Assembly (NCBI RefSeq): GCF_009914755.1
Contig: NC_060941.1
Length of the DNA: 64,000 nt
DNA from: the human T2T-CHM13v2.0 reference genome, Homo sapiens
Direction: 5' to 3' (one strand)
The position numbers and the translations under genes are program-made. This document shows, piece by piece, positions 1 to 26,715 of the stretch; position 1 is the first letter of the stretch, and each line of letters begins with the position of its first letter. The notes below the pieces were generated by a model that was given only the letters and a program-made list of their open reading frames with translations, was not told the DNA's origin and did no database searches.

Positions 1-850
1 CACACCCTGCCCCGGCCCCTACGAGCCCAGGCTCTGCTCCCCTCGCGGGACCAGATGCGCATCTTCCCACGTGCTTGGACCCGGACACGAGAGCCGGCAG
101 CCTAGAGCCCTTCCAGTCCCGCTCTCTTCCCTGGCCAGGCACCCGACCGCCCGAGTCCGGGCTCTCGATGTCTGCGCACCCAGGCGCGCCCCACGCCCTC
201 GGACTCAGACATCCCAGCCAGGGCTAAACGTCGGGCCCAGGCCGCCGACAGTCCTGTGCCCCCTGCCCGCTCCCAGACGCCCCCCGAAGGCCTCCCCAGC
301 GCCCCACCTCGGGGACGCCGAGGGCCCCCTAACTCAGCCTCCCCACCTGCAGCTCCGCGCCGAGCCCCGCGGTGCGCCCCCCGCGCCCTCCTCTCGGTTC
401 CTTCTGAGTCCCTTCACTTCCACGTCGCGCAGCCTCAGACTCTCTCCCCGGGCCCTGAACTGCCTCCAGGATCTTCACCCCGGTCGCCGCGCAGCGGCCG
501 GTGGGCTAACCAGAAGGTGCCAGGCTGGCCGCTTAGTTCGCCTTAGGTGGGAGAAGGGGCGCCCCACCTGCCCCAGTGCCCCGAGCCCAGCCCTGGTTTC
601 TTCACCGCGCTTTCCGCTCAGCTCCTCTCCTGCCTCATCCCCTGCAGATCCCGACTGGGCCTCTTACAAGCTGGGGATCTTCATCTGTCTCAACTGCTGC
701 GGCGTCCACCGTAACTTCCCTGACATCAGCAGAGTTAAATCTGTGCGACTTGACTTCTGGGACGACAGTATTGTGGAGGTAGAAAGGCATGCCCGTGGAG
801 AGCCATGGAACTGCGGGACTGGAGTAGAGGCAGCGGGCAGGGGGCTCCCA
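1..850. promoter_or_regulatory. ADAP2: CpG island, 3' part of the ADAP2 promoter island (intron 1 / exon 2)
   Basis: High GC and abundant CpG dinucleotides up to about 850, unlike the CpG-poor sequence downstream; lies just 5' of ADAP2 exon 2. Confidence 0.85.
648..778 (+). CDS. ADAP2: ADAP2 coding exon 2 (ArfGAP domain: second CxxC of the zinc finger and the Arg finger)
   Basis: cctgcag|AT...GAG|gtagaa; translates (D)PDWASYKLGIFICLNCCGVHRNFPDISRVKSVRLDFWDDSIVE; 131 nt, phase 1 to 0. Confidence 0.97.
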
Positions 851-916
851 TTCTACAGAGGGGGAAACTGAGAACCAGAGAGGGGCAAGTCTAGCTAGAG
901 GAAACACAGCTTATAA

Positions 917-3740
<2,824 letters not shown>

Positions 3741-4534
3741 TTTTCTTCATTTTTACGGGTGAGATTCCAAGGGTCACTCATCAAATAAATGGCAGTCAGG
3801 ATCTGAATCCTGCTCTGTTGGGATCCAAAGCTGGCGACACAGCCTAGCGGCCCCTGCAGAGGAGAAGAGGAGCAATGCTCCTCTCCTGCAAAGGAGATGC
3901 CCAAGCGATGTGAATTGAAAACCTGGTGTTTCTTCCCACTTCTGCCCTCACCCTAGCTATGCCACTGCTGCCAGGGCCACTTTTGGTGCATCAGCCTCTG
4001 GGTCTCTTGGGTGCCAAAGGGCCCTACTAATCATCCTGACCTATGCACTCCATGAGGCGAGCACCCACTTCTTCCATCCTCCAGGTACATTTATCTCCTG
4101 CAGACTTTCAGGGCTGCTAGGGGTCCTGGCCATCTGTGGAAGGCATGATAGGAAGAATATGAGCTTTGGAGTCAGGTCTGGGTTCAAATCCCAGTTCTCC
4201 ACTTATAGCTGTGTTTCCTTGAACAAGTAACCTAACCCGTCTGAGCCTCAGTTGACTCATCTGTAAAATGAGTACAGTGATATGAAAATGGCTGAGAGGA
4301 CCCAGTGAGCTGATGTGTGAGCACTGTGGAGTCCTGTGCCCATATGAGGCATGGTTATATCTGCCCATGATTGTTACAGGCTGGGGCTTCCCAGCAGTAT
4401 GGATGACCAAGCCCGGTGGGACATCTCCTTCTTGGAGGCAGTTTCTTCTGACTCAGCCTAAGTCAGTGGCCTCATAGTTTCATTTCACGTTTTTTCAAGT
4501 TCTAATATTACCTCAGGTTGCTGTTGTCTTGCAG

Positions 4535-4626
4535 TTTATGATCCACAATGGAAACCTCCGTGTGAAGGCCAAGTTCGAAGCCAGAGTCCCAGCTTTCTAC
4601 TACATCCCCCAGGCCAACGACTGCCT
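4535..4626 (+). CDS. ADAP2: ADAP2 coding exon 3 (ArfGAP domain)
   Basis: ttgcag|TTT ATG...TGC CT|gtgagt; FMIHNGNLRVKAKFEARVPAFYYIPQANDC(L); 92 nt, phase 0 to 2. Confidence 0.96.
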
Positions 4627-5039
4627 GTGAGTGGGTGATTCCTTAGGGACTGGGTGAGGGGTCTGTCCTGGTTCCACCTCCTCCCCCTCTCCATCTTTGG
4701 TGTCTTCATCTGTGGTGGTCTCTTCTATGGGCCTGGTGCGCAGGTGGATCCAGGAAAGCACTGGATACCATCACAGAGAGCACATGGGAAGACTGGTATA
4801 AGCCTCTTTCTGCCTCTGTTGCTTGGGCGTGTCTCTTCCTTTCTCTGGGCCTCAGTTTCCACAGCTCTTAAATGGAGGATTTTTCTGTATGATCTCTATG
4901 ATTTTTCTCTATGATCTCTGCCTGTGACATTCTTGTAGCTTACAGATGGTGGCTAACTTGATAAGAGGGGGTAAACACTAGTATCTTACTAGACCAAGTG
5001 TGTTTCAGCTACTTCCTTTAGAGAAATATGTCTAGAGCT

Positions 5040-6205
<1,166 letters not shown>

Positions 6206-7423
6206 ATTGCTACTAATATTATTGAGCTTTGCTTAAGTACTACGCCCTGTGCAAAATGCTTATGTGCATGTATTTATTTAATTCTTTCAACAACCCTACA
6301 AGTACTGCTACTATCCCTATGCTATAGATGAAAAAACCTGAGGTTTGTGGAGGCAATACTGGTCTAGCCTGTCTGACACCAGGGCCAGGGTGACTGTTTC
6401 ATGGAATTGGGATAATTTTATATAAGAGGGGGGCTTTGAAGCAGCAGGAGGGTTCAGGTCCCCTGGAGGTGAGGGTTAGTGTGGCACTGGTACCTAGTGG
6501 CCCTGGACCTCTGCAGATCTGACTGCCTGAGCCTACGACTCCTTCCCAGGGACTTAGACTCCCCACCAGGGCTGCTAGACAGTATCTTGTGTAAATGGGG
6601 AGAAGGAATCCCTTTAGGCTGACCCAGCCTCATAGCGGGTATGTCTGGCAAACAGAAAGCAGCTGCATTTCAGCTGCCGAGCCTCAGCAAGGTGCTTTTG
6701 GGCAGTACACAGACTATATAACCATACCTAGTGGTCTTGTAATTTCTCAGTGCTTAGACAATTAAGAGCTAGTAATGTACTCTGGAGTGGCTGGGGAAGC
6801 ACAGCTTTCTACTTGGAAGACCTCAGTTTTGTTTCCTAGCTCTACTGTGACCTAGCTGGGAGGACGTGGGCAAGTCAGCAAATCTCTCTGATTGTCAACA
6901 TCCTCATCTCTGAAATGTAGGCAATGATGCCTGCATCATAGCATACTTGTAGAGATTACATGAGATAACTTATGTAGAACCTTTCACATGCCACCCGACA
7001 CACGGGTTTGAATCCATTTCACTGTGTCTGCTTCAGAATGCTACCTGTCCATGGCCAGCTGTGGGGTGTGCTGACTCGAGAGGGCCTGTCTCATCCTGGC
7101 TCGCTGCTGCCACTCTGTCCTTTGCTCCAAGTGCTCAGTGAACACGTGCGCTGTGCTAGGCTTCCTGCCGGCACTAAACAGACATTACCCACCATGACTC
7201 CAGCAGCAGCCCTGCACTTTAACCCTTTTTGTCTGAGTACTAATGGCCACCTTCAGGACCAACATGGGTGGCCCTTGGTCTCCATTCCTTCTCCCTGCTC
7301 TGATCTTGTGTCCCAGGGTTTCCACCCTCATGGTGGGCCAGGTGATTCTCCTCAGTGATCTGTGGGCTGTGCACTAGGAATGACTCTCTCTCTCTTTTTT
7401 CTTTCTTTCTTTTTTAAATATAG

Positions 7424-7651
<228 letters not shown>

Positions 7652-7753
7652 TGAGCTCAAGCCATCTGCCTGTGTTGGCCTCCCAAAGTGCTGGGATTAC
7701 AGGCATGAGTTACCATGCCCAGCCTGGACTCTTGATTGTAAGCGACAGAAACC

Positions 7754-7796
<43 letters not shown>

Positions 7797-7805
7797 TTTT
7801 TGTGA

Positions 7806-8147
<342 letters not shown>

Positions 8148-8954
8148 TGAAGGACAGTGGTGGAGCTGGCCTCAGGAAGGACCAAGCCAGGAGCTCACAC
8201 ACCATCAGGTCTCTCATACTCTCTCTGGCTCTCTTTCCTCTTTCTCTCAGACAGGCTTCCTTCACACAGCTGGCAGCAAGGCCACAAGCAGGTGCCAGGC
8301 TATACCTTCCAGCGTGACTCTGGAGAAAGCTCCATCAATCTCTCCTTCACTTTTGACCCTCTCAGTCCACACAGCCCAGAGCAGCAAAGAGCTCTGAATG
8401 ACCAGGTTGGGCCAGATGCCCAGCTCTAGGTCATTCCTGTGGCTATGGGGTAAGGTCATATATACCTTGGAACACTTCCCTGGAAAAGGTGAGCAGGAAC
8501 CAAACAATTAAAATAACTCCACTCTCGGCTGCATGGTTTTTCTGCAGGACTCACGGATGACAATCTCTGATTGAGATCACATTAAACACCTACTATGTGC
8601 TGAGTAGGTGCTAGGCCCTTTATATACATTTAAACCTCTCAACAACCCTGAGGGCTAAGTGAGTATAACAATAGAGGTCTATTCCCCAAATTCAGAGGAG
8701 TTGGGTAACTTGCTCATGGTCACACAGTGGATAAATGATAGAGTGAGACCAGGTCCCAGGTGGTCAGATCCTAAGACGACTGCTTTGTCCAGTGTAGCCT
8801 GCCCAGACTTCATGGGCAGGTACAGGAAGAGGCTCCTGGACTCTCCTGCCTAAGCTCATGAACACACAGTGGGAGCAGGTGGTGTAGATGGTCCAGAGGA
8901 GCCAGTATCTGTCTCATTGACCTAGAGAGCTGATACTGGGATTGGAACAACTCG

Positions 8955-9182
8955 GTGGTTCTCATATAGCCCACTGGGAGAAATATTTCCCCCAGAGGAC
9001 ATTTGGCAATGCCTGAAGACATTTTTGGGTGCCACAACTGGGGAGGGGGTGCTACTGGCATCTAATGGGTAGAGGCCAGAAATGCTGCTAAACATTCTGT
9101 GGAGCATGGGACAACCCATAAGACAACAGAACAAGGAATTATCCAACCCCGAATGTTAACAGTACTGAGGCTGAGGAATCCT
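8955..9182. mobile_element. MER20 (hAT-Charlie)
   Basis: ggacatttggcaatgcctgaagacatttttgggtgccacaactggg...ctactggcatctaatgggtagaggccag...gctgctaaacat matches the recalled MER20 consensus. Confidence 0.8.
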
Positions 9183-9600
9183 AGGTAGCTGGAGCAGGCA
9201 GTGAGGCACTGCTGTGATGTTCCCACCCTCAACTGCAGGGTCTTGGAAAAGAATGCATCAGTCCAGGCATGGTGGTAATCCCAGCACTTTGGGAGGCTGA
9301 GGCAGGAGGATCGCTTGAGCCCTGGAGTTCAAGACCAGCTTAGGCAACATAGGGAGACCCCCATCTCTACAAAAATTTAAAAATTAGCCAGGTGTGGTGG
9401 TGCCTGCCTGTGATCCCAGCTACTTAAGAGGCTGAGATGGGAGGATCGCCTGGGCCTAGGAGGTCTAGGCTGCAGTGAGCCGTGATCACGTGATCACACC
9501 ACTGCACTCCAGCCTGGGCAACAGAGGGAGACCCTGTCTCAAAAAAAAAAAAAAAAGAGAATGCATCAAACGCAGCTGACCTCAGGCTCTCTCTTTTTAG

Positions 9601-9680
9601 GGTCTTAAAGGAACAATGGATTCGAGCTAAGTATGAGAGACGGGAATTTATGGCTGATGGGGAAACCATCTCGCTCCCAG
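9601..9680 (+). CDS. ADAP2: ADAP2 coding exon 4 (end of ArfGAP domain)
   Basis: ttttag|G GTC...CCA G|gtaaag; VLKEQWIRAKYERREFMADGETISLP; 80 nt, phase 2 to 1. Confidence 0.96.
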
Positions 9681-9870
9681 GTAAAGTTATTTCCATCACC
9701 TTTTGAAATCTATGTTTTAATGAGCTCTAGAAAAACCAAGTGCCTAAATATTAGGAGCAAGATCCATCCAAGAGATGCCTGCTGTTCTCACTGTGGCCGC
9801 AGAGGCCAAGGTGTGGGTTCTTCTGACTTTGAAATAACAACACATCAGCTGGTGGGGCTTTATGCTCTGA

Positions 9871-10305
<435 letters not shown>

Positions 10306-10631
10306 TGAGACAGTCTTGCTCTTGTTGCCCAGGGTGGAGTGCAGTAGCATGATCTCAGCTCAGTGCAGCCTCTGCCTCCTGGGTTCCAGCGATTCTCCTG
10401 CCTCAGCCTCCTGAGTAGCTGGGATTACAGCATCATGCTTGGCTAATTTTTGTATTTTTAGTAAAGACGGGGTTTTACCATGTTGGCCAGGCTGGTCTCG
10501 AACTCCTGACCTCATGATCTGCCCACCTTAGCCTCCCAAAGTTCTGGGACTACAGGCATGAGCCACCGCGCCCAGCATCAAACACTTAATGTAAATTGCA
10601 GAAAGACTCCTCCACTGGACAGACCAATTAG

Positions 10632-11333
<702 letters not shown>

Positions 11334-11894
11334 TGAGTAGCTGGGATTACAGGCACGCGCCACCATGCCCAGCTAATTTTTGTATTTTTAGTAGAGACGG
11401 GGTTTCACCATGTTGGTCAGGCTGGTCTTGAACTCCCGACCTTGTGATCTGCCCGCCTCGGCCTCCCAAAGTGCTGGGATTACAGGCGTGAGCCACTGCG
11501 CCCTGCCTTACTTCTAAAGTTTCATTAGGTTGATGTCAGCATGAAGTTGGGCAGGACCATATGTATTTAGTATGTATTTAAGTGTCTTTCAGAATCAGTC
11601 CAGTTTCTCAGGACTTTGCCTTCTTAAGGGTCTTCTTATGAGACAGCCTGATACACAGAAAGTCAAGGAAGAAAGGTTTTAGGCAGTGGGAAGTGCCCCT
11701 GAAGTGAAAAGACATCACAAAGTTGGCCACAGATGGGATCCTTGTGTTCTGCAGCTGAAATAGGGAAGTCTGAGTGGAGATACTTTGGCAGCAGATGGAA
11801 GGCTTATTCCACCCTTGAGAACCTCAGAGGTTCCTGAGCTGCTTGTGATCTTAAGGTCACGTGTGTTCACGCTTTGTCATCCTTGCTGCTTAAG

Positions 11895-12007
11895 GTAACC
11901 GAGAAGGATTCCTGTGGAAGCGAGGAAGGGACAACTCACAGTTTCTGAGAAGGAAGTTTGTACTTCTGGCAAGAGAAGGCCTCCTGAAGTACTTCACAAA
12001 GGAACAG
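11895..12007 (+). CDS. ADAP2: ADAP2 coding exon 5 (start of PH1)
   Basis: cttaag|GT AAC...CAG|gtaaga; (G)NREGFLWKRGRDNSQFLRRKFVLLAREGLLKYFTKEQ; 113 nt, phase 1 to 0. Confidence 0.96.
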
Positions 12008-12548
12008 GTAAGATGCCAGACCAATGAGAGCAGGTCCCTTCCTGAGCACTCTCACCCGACTAAGGTCTACATTCTAATCAGTGGTGCCCTTTTCTTGTAG
12101 ATAATCTCAGCCCCTGAGAGTTAGGCACAACATTTGGCTACTTTTCCTTGGCTATACAGTAAATCCAGTCCACCAAAAATCATACTTTCTGTCCACCTAG
12201 AATCAGCTTAGATAGGTCCATGTTTAAGCCTTTGATGACCACTTGGTTTTGCTTCATTTATTCATTCACTTAAGAAACATTTATTGAGTACCTACTGTGT
12301 GCTAGACATTATTCCAGGCACTGAGGATACAGCAGGGAACTAAACAAAACTCTTGTTCTCAGGGAGCTTTCAGTCTAGTGAAAGGAAAGAGCTCCGTAAT
12401 CAAAACATCAATATATAATATACCAGGAGGCAATAGTTTTATAAAGTAAAATAGAAGTGGCTGCGCACAGTAGCTCACACCTATAATCCCAGCACTTTAG
12501 TAAGAGATTGAGGCAGGGGGATTGCTTGAGTTCAGAAGTTTGAGATCA

Positions 12549-13076
<528 letters not shown>

Positions 13077-14918
13077 TCAAGAAAAAAAGAAGTAAAATAG
13101 CGGAGAGTGAGAAGATAGACAACAATGAGAGTGTGTTAGGGAGTCAGGGAGTGCTGCTGCAGAGTGATCAGGGAAGGCCTCTCTGGTGACATTTGAGCAG
13201 ATAACTGAACAAATGTGAGCACTGAGTTACATGGCTATGTGGGGGGAAGAATAGAAGAAAGGGGAGGAACAGTATGTGCAGAAGCCCTGAGCACAGGTAT
13301 GGTCAAACACATACACCTTTGTACCGATTTGAGAAAGATGATCCCTTTAAGAGGGTGCAGCCCCTGGGCCCCAGTCTCGAAAATCAGAAGCCTGGTTTGC
13401 AGTTACCAGTCAGCTAGGAGCTTTTTATGCAGTGCACAAACGACTTAACCATAAGCTGCAACCCTGGCCCTGAGCTAGAAGTGTGTTTGGTGGGTGTAGG
13501 GCATCAAGGAGGGCAGAGCGACTTGTGCAGAGTGAGCAAGGAAAAGTGTGGAGGGAGATGAAGTCACATGGTGGAGGGCCTTGTAGGTCATAGCAAGACT
13601 TGGGATTTCTTTTGGTAACAGTTTATTGAGATACAATTCACATACCATATAATTCACCCATTAAAAGTATGCAGTCAATTGGCTTTTAGTGTATTCACAG
13701 AGTAGCACAACTATCACCACAATTCAGTTAAAAACTTTAAACACCTTATCCCTTAGCTGTAATCCCCCACCCCACCCCACCACTAGCCCTAGGCAACCAA
13801 CAACTTACTTTCTGTCTCTATGGATTTGCCTAATCTGGTTATTTTTATTTTATTTTACTATTTTATCTTATTTATTTTTTTAGAGACAGAGTCTTCCTCT
13901 GTTGGCCAGGCTGGAGTGCAGTGGTGCAATCATAGCTCACTGCAACCTTAAATTACTGGCCTCAAGCACTCCTCCTGCTCCGGTCTCTCAAAGCACTGGG
14001 ATTGCAGATGCATACCACTCCACCCAGCTAATTTTTATTTACTTATTTATTTTTGTAGAGATAGGGTTTTGCTTTGTTGTCTACGCTGTTCTCAAACTCC
14101 TGGCTTCAAGCAATCCTCTGCCTCAGCCTCCCAAAGTACTAGGATTATAGATGTGAGCCACTACGCCAGGCCCATATCTGTCTTTTTTATAATAGCCGTC
14201 TTCATGGGTATGAAGTCGTATCTCATTGTGGTTTTGATTGGCGTTTCCCACATGGCAAATGATGTTGAGCATCTTTTTAATGTGCTTATTGGCCATTTGT
14301 ATATCTTATTTGTAGAAATGTCTATTCAGATCCTTTCCCCATATTGGCCGGGCGCGGTGGCTCACGCCTGTAATCCCAGCACTTTGGGAGGCCGAGGTGG
14401 GCAGATCAGGAGTTCAGGAGATGGAGACCATCTTGGCTAACACAGATACTTTCCCCATATTTTAATTAGGTTATTTGTCTTTTTATTATTAAGTTGTAAT
14501 AGTTCTGTATATATTCTAGATACAAGTCACTTATACATGTAGGATTTGCAAAAATTTGAGCTTTTGGATTTTACTGAGTGAGATGGGAAGAAATTGGAGG
14601 ATTTTGAGCTGAGAAGTGATATTATTTGACTTAAGTTTTTGATTGATTGATTGATTTGAGATGGAGGCTCACTCTGTCACCTAGGCTGGAGTGCAGTGGC
14701 GTGATCTCGGCTCACTGCAACCTCTGCCTCCCAGGTTCAAGCAATTCTTTGCCTCAGTCTCTCGAGTAGCTGGGATTACAGGCGCGCACCACCATGCCTG
14801 GCTAGTTTTTGTATTTTTAGTAGACAGGGTTCCACCATCTTGGCCAGGCTGGTCTTGAATTTCCGACCTCGTGATCCACCCACCTCACCCTCCCAAAGTG
14901 CTGGGATTACAGGCGTGA

Positions 14919-16340
<1,422 letters not shown>

Positions 16341-16474
16341 GGCCAACAAAGTAAGAGAAGGATAAGCTCTGAGCACTTTAGCCTTCACCTTACTCTATTT
16401 CCTATATGTAGAATTATTATATATTCCCCCTGTTGCTTTTCTAGGCAGACCAGAGCAATGCTAAAAGGTCTGTC

Positions 16475-16694
16475 TATGGGGAGGAGAAGGGAGGATGAAG
16501 AGAAGTGGGTTAAAGGGTACAAACATTGTAAGATGCAAGGAATAAATTCAATATTTGATACCAGAGTGGGGTAACTATGCTTAACAAAAATACTCTGGTG
16601 ACCAACACCCTAAATATCCTGGCTTGATCACTACACATTATATACATGTAGCGAAATTTCACATGTACCCCATAAATTTGTATAAATAATAATA
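16475..16694 (+). mobile_element. 5'-truncated L1 3' end with TSD
   Basis: L1 3' UTR-type text (ttcacatgtaccccataaatttgtataaataa) flanked by 13-bp TSD taaaaggtctgtc at 16462-16474 and 16695-16707. Confidence 0.8.
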
Positions 16695-17175
16695 TAAAAG
16701 GTCTGTCCAATGTGGCCACAGTCTGGGACCAAGTAAAAAGTGTTAAGGGATGAAGAATCTTTACCCTCCAAGTTAGAGGAAGAATTTTTTCCCAGTCTTC
16801 AATGTAAAGCACTGAAAAATGTGGCTTTTTCAACATTTTTGCTGAAATGGTACAAAAGGCCGGAAGAGAAAGCGCTACTGCAGTTAGGAAAGGTCACCAA
16901 ACCCCAGCAGCTGCTGCGAGTTGGTCTCTCGGACAGGGCCTCATCATTGGTTGAAAAAAGTTGATCTGTTTTTCAGTCCTACGCCAGTTCAGTCTAGAAT
17001 AGTCCAAAAATAGAATGGGCTCCCTATGTTCTTTTTTATTTATTTCCCAAAGTGGATATTTTAAAATCATAAAGGTAACTAATTTTTAGGTAAAACTTTT
17101 GGGTAATACAAAAAAGGAAATGAAGTATAAAGAAAGTGAAACTGAAAAAAAAAAAAAAAAGCCCCAAGCTCTATA

Positions 17176-19401
<2,226 letters not shown>

Positions 19402-19524
19402 TATAAGAGTATTATATGATCTCATTTATATGAAATTTTAGAACAGGCAAAACTGTACTGATAGAAGACAAATAAGTGGTTATCTGGTGTTGGAATGGGG
19501 TAGAGATTCTGCGAAGGGGGATGA

Positions 19525-19886
<362 letters not shown>

Positions 19887-19974
19887 TAACAGGTGTGAGC
19901 CACAGTGCCCGGCCCAAACTTAATACGGGTACACTTTATTGTTTCTAAACTACACCTCAATAAATGTTGATTAA

Positions 19975-22176
<2,202 letters not shown>

Positions 22177-22195
22177 TTAAAAATACAAAAATTAG

Positions 22196-22399
<204 letters not shown>

Positions 22400-22609
22400 T
22401 GATCCACCCACCTCAGCCTCCCAAAGTGCTGGGATTACAGGCGTAAGCCACTGCGTCCGGCCAGTATCTGAATTTCGATATGAGAGCAAGAACATTTAAA
22501 ACCCATATATTTACAGATTGATGCTTGTTTGCATGAAGGCCTTGGTGAAGGTTGACCAGAAGTCACCCTGTGGACTGTCAGCGTCTTTCTTTCTCTTTCT
22601 CTCTTTCAG

Positions 22610-22756
22610 GGTAAAAGCCCCAAAGCTGTCATCAGCATTAAGGACTTGAATGCCACCTTCCAGACAGAGAAGATAGGGCACCCCCATGGGCTGCAGATCA
22701 CCTACAGGAGAGATGGCCACACCAGGAACCTGTTTGTGTATCATGAAAGTGGGAAG
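22610..22756 (+). CDS. ADAP2: ADAP2 coding exon 6 (PH1)
   Basis: tttcag|GGT AAA...AAG|gtgaga; GKSPKAVISIKDLNATFQTEKIGHPHGLQITYRRDGHTRNLFVYHESGK; 147 nt. Confidence 0.97.
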
Positions 22757-23099
22757 GTGAGATGCCTGGAGTTGCCACCTCCGCCTCCAGCTCGCACCCC
22801 AGGACTTGGCAGGTGCAGCTCACCACCTCCCCTGCTCACTGGTGCTGTGCTCAGCTGCCTCTTGAGATTTTCTGCTACCATTTGCCTTAATCTATCATTG
22901 CCTCCCAGTCTGAGATAAAGATATGAGGAGGGCAGGGTGAGATCAGGGAGAGGAACCTGGCAAGTACCATGGCTATATCTGGACAGTGCACAGCCACCAA
23001 TGAAAGTCCAGTTACAGAAGGGACTATGCCCAGGGATGCAAAGCCAGGTAGGGCCAGAGGTTCTGAATACGGGGGAGGAACTGATGGACAGTCAGGCAG

Positions 23100-24235
<1,136 letters not shown>

Positions 24236-25191
24236 AATAGTCCAGGAAATCTGCCCAGTCAGAGATGAATAAGCCAATATAACAGAATAAGCTGGGTCAG
24301 GTCCTGAGCAGGGTCACATAACTAGGCAGGGGACAGAGATGCTGAGTGGGGGTGGATGAAGGTGGGTGCTGACATTTTGTGACCATCTATTAACTCCCCT
24401 GGGCACTGCTTTTGGTGATTGCTGTCCATCATTTCTTAATCCTGAAAACAAGCCCCACATTATTGAGTCACGGACATGTTAGTAACTTGCTCAGGGTCAC
24501 AGCCCTGCACCCACTTTACCTGCCATGTGCCTCTGCTGTAGGAAGGACACTTGGCAGCAGGAGCCAGGAACCAGATGCAGGGACTAGACCTTCCTAAGGG
24601 GCCCCTAGCACCATGGCCCTAGCCCCCTCTCCATGCCAATCACTGCCATAAGGACTTTTACTGAGGCACCCAAGGTCTCTGGCACTTAGGATACCCAGCT
24701 CCCTCCTATCTGCCCAGTATGGTGCATCTGACAACCTGGGTCTGGCCATTCTTCTCTTTTGCTTGATGCCCCAGCCTGTCTGTTAGATGGGCATAAATGA
24801 GGGCTCCAGATTCCTGCCTGCAGGAGTCAGGGGGTGATTTAAAAGCTAAATGGACAGGCATAAGGGATGGGGAGGGGGCTGTGGCAAACAGGAAAACCTG
24901 CATGGAGGATTGAAACAAACAAAACTTTAGGAGCAAACAGACATGTATGCAGGTTGGATTTGGCACCAGGATCACCAGATTATGACTGGAGAGACCTTCC
25001 AAGGTGAAGGCCTAGGTGTGTCTTTTCTGGACTGGCCCCATTCCCTTAGTGTCTGAGACCTAAGGTTTTTTTTTGAGACAGAGTCTCGCTCTGTCACCCA
25101 GACTGGAGTGCAGTGGTGCAATCTCGGCTCACTGCAACCTCCACCTCCCAGGTTAAAGCAATTCTCCAGCCTCAGCCTCTTGAGTAGCTGA

Positions 25192-25365
<174 letters not shown>

Positions 25366-25977
25366 TAATGAACCCCAGGACAAGAGAGCACAGATCCCTG
25401 GAATACTAGGCCTGTGTGCTTCGCCTATGAGAGAGAAAGAGAAATGGTTTCATTCCTTTTAAACCATATTCAGATGACTTTCTCAATCACCACATTATAT
25501 CAAAGTCACAAACTACCACTATTTGAACAAGCCTTTAGCCTCCCAATTCCAAATTCCTGGGAGAAGGAATCTGATAAGCCCAGTCCAGCCTCTGTGTTGC
25601 TCCAGGCCTGGTCCAGTTGCTGTGGTTAAGCAGGGGCAGGATCACAGCAGTAAATGGGGCTGCAACTGGGGTTGGGTGAAGATAGGCGGGGTAGTTCTCA
25701 CAGAAGCAGGGCTTGGGCTGAGCAAGCACCAAAAATCTATCTATTACAACATCAAAACTAACCTGCGGGATAAGTGGAATGTTTTGCGTAAAAGGTGTGT
25801 GTGGGATGGAGCGGGCTAAGCAGAATGTCCCGAGAGGAAGGAACAGTAGGTGTTGGGAGAATTGCAAATAGTTTTGCATGGAAGGAGCTCAGACAGCAAA
25901 ATCATAGTAAAGAACTTAAGACTTTTTTTTCTGAGGGTAGTAGACAGGACTCCAAGCCAGACTGATTAGATTTGTAA

Positions 25978-26085
<108 letters not shown>

Positions 26086-26104
26086 TGAAACCCTGTCACT
26101 ACTA

Positions 26105-26272
<168 letters not shown>

Positions 26273-26544
26273 CTAAAAAAAAATAAATAAAGGAAAATCA
26301 CTCAGGCTGCCATGAGAGGGCCAGTCAGAGAGCAGCTGATCAAGGCCAGCTAGATACATGGTTGTCTATGTGGGAGATGAAGGTGGCCCAGGCTGCTGAG
26401 GGACATGTTCTCTCAGAGTGACAGCAGAAGGGGCCAAGCCAGCTTTGGCCTAAGTTGCCATGAGCATCCTCATTAGAGGAGCATCCCCAGGCATAACTGC
26501 TCCCCACCCAAATGCCAATCTTTGACATCTGAGGACAATGATTT

Positions 26545-26715
26545 CCTAGAGCCTTGCTCCTTAGAGTGCATTCCACTGACTAGCAGCATCATATCACCTG
26601 AGAGCGTGTTAGGAATGCAGAGTCTTGGGCCCCATTCCAAACCTACTGGATATGCCTCTGCATTTTAACAAGAGCCTCAGGTGATTTTGCACGCATTAGA
26701 AGGTGAAAAGCACTG
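26545..26715. mobile_element. MER5-type element
   Basis: cagcatcatatcacctgagagcgtgttaggaatgcagagtcttgggcccc...ctgcattttaacaag...aggtgatt. Confidence 0.6.

Noticed and set aside
71-871. 266-aa ORF running through intron 1 in frame into ADAP2 exon 2
   Set aside because: Starts at GTG, is Pro/Arg/Ala/Ser-rich as expected for a stop-poor CpG island, and lacks the first zinc-finger CxxC; only 648-778 is bounded by splice sites.
9575-9600. AG 15 nt upstream of the exon 4 acceptor (would add 5 aa in frame)
   Set aside because: It has no pyrimidine tract and lies only a few nt after the likely branch point (ctgac), so it is unlikely to be used.
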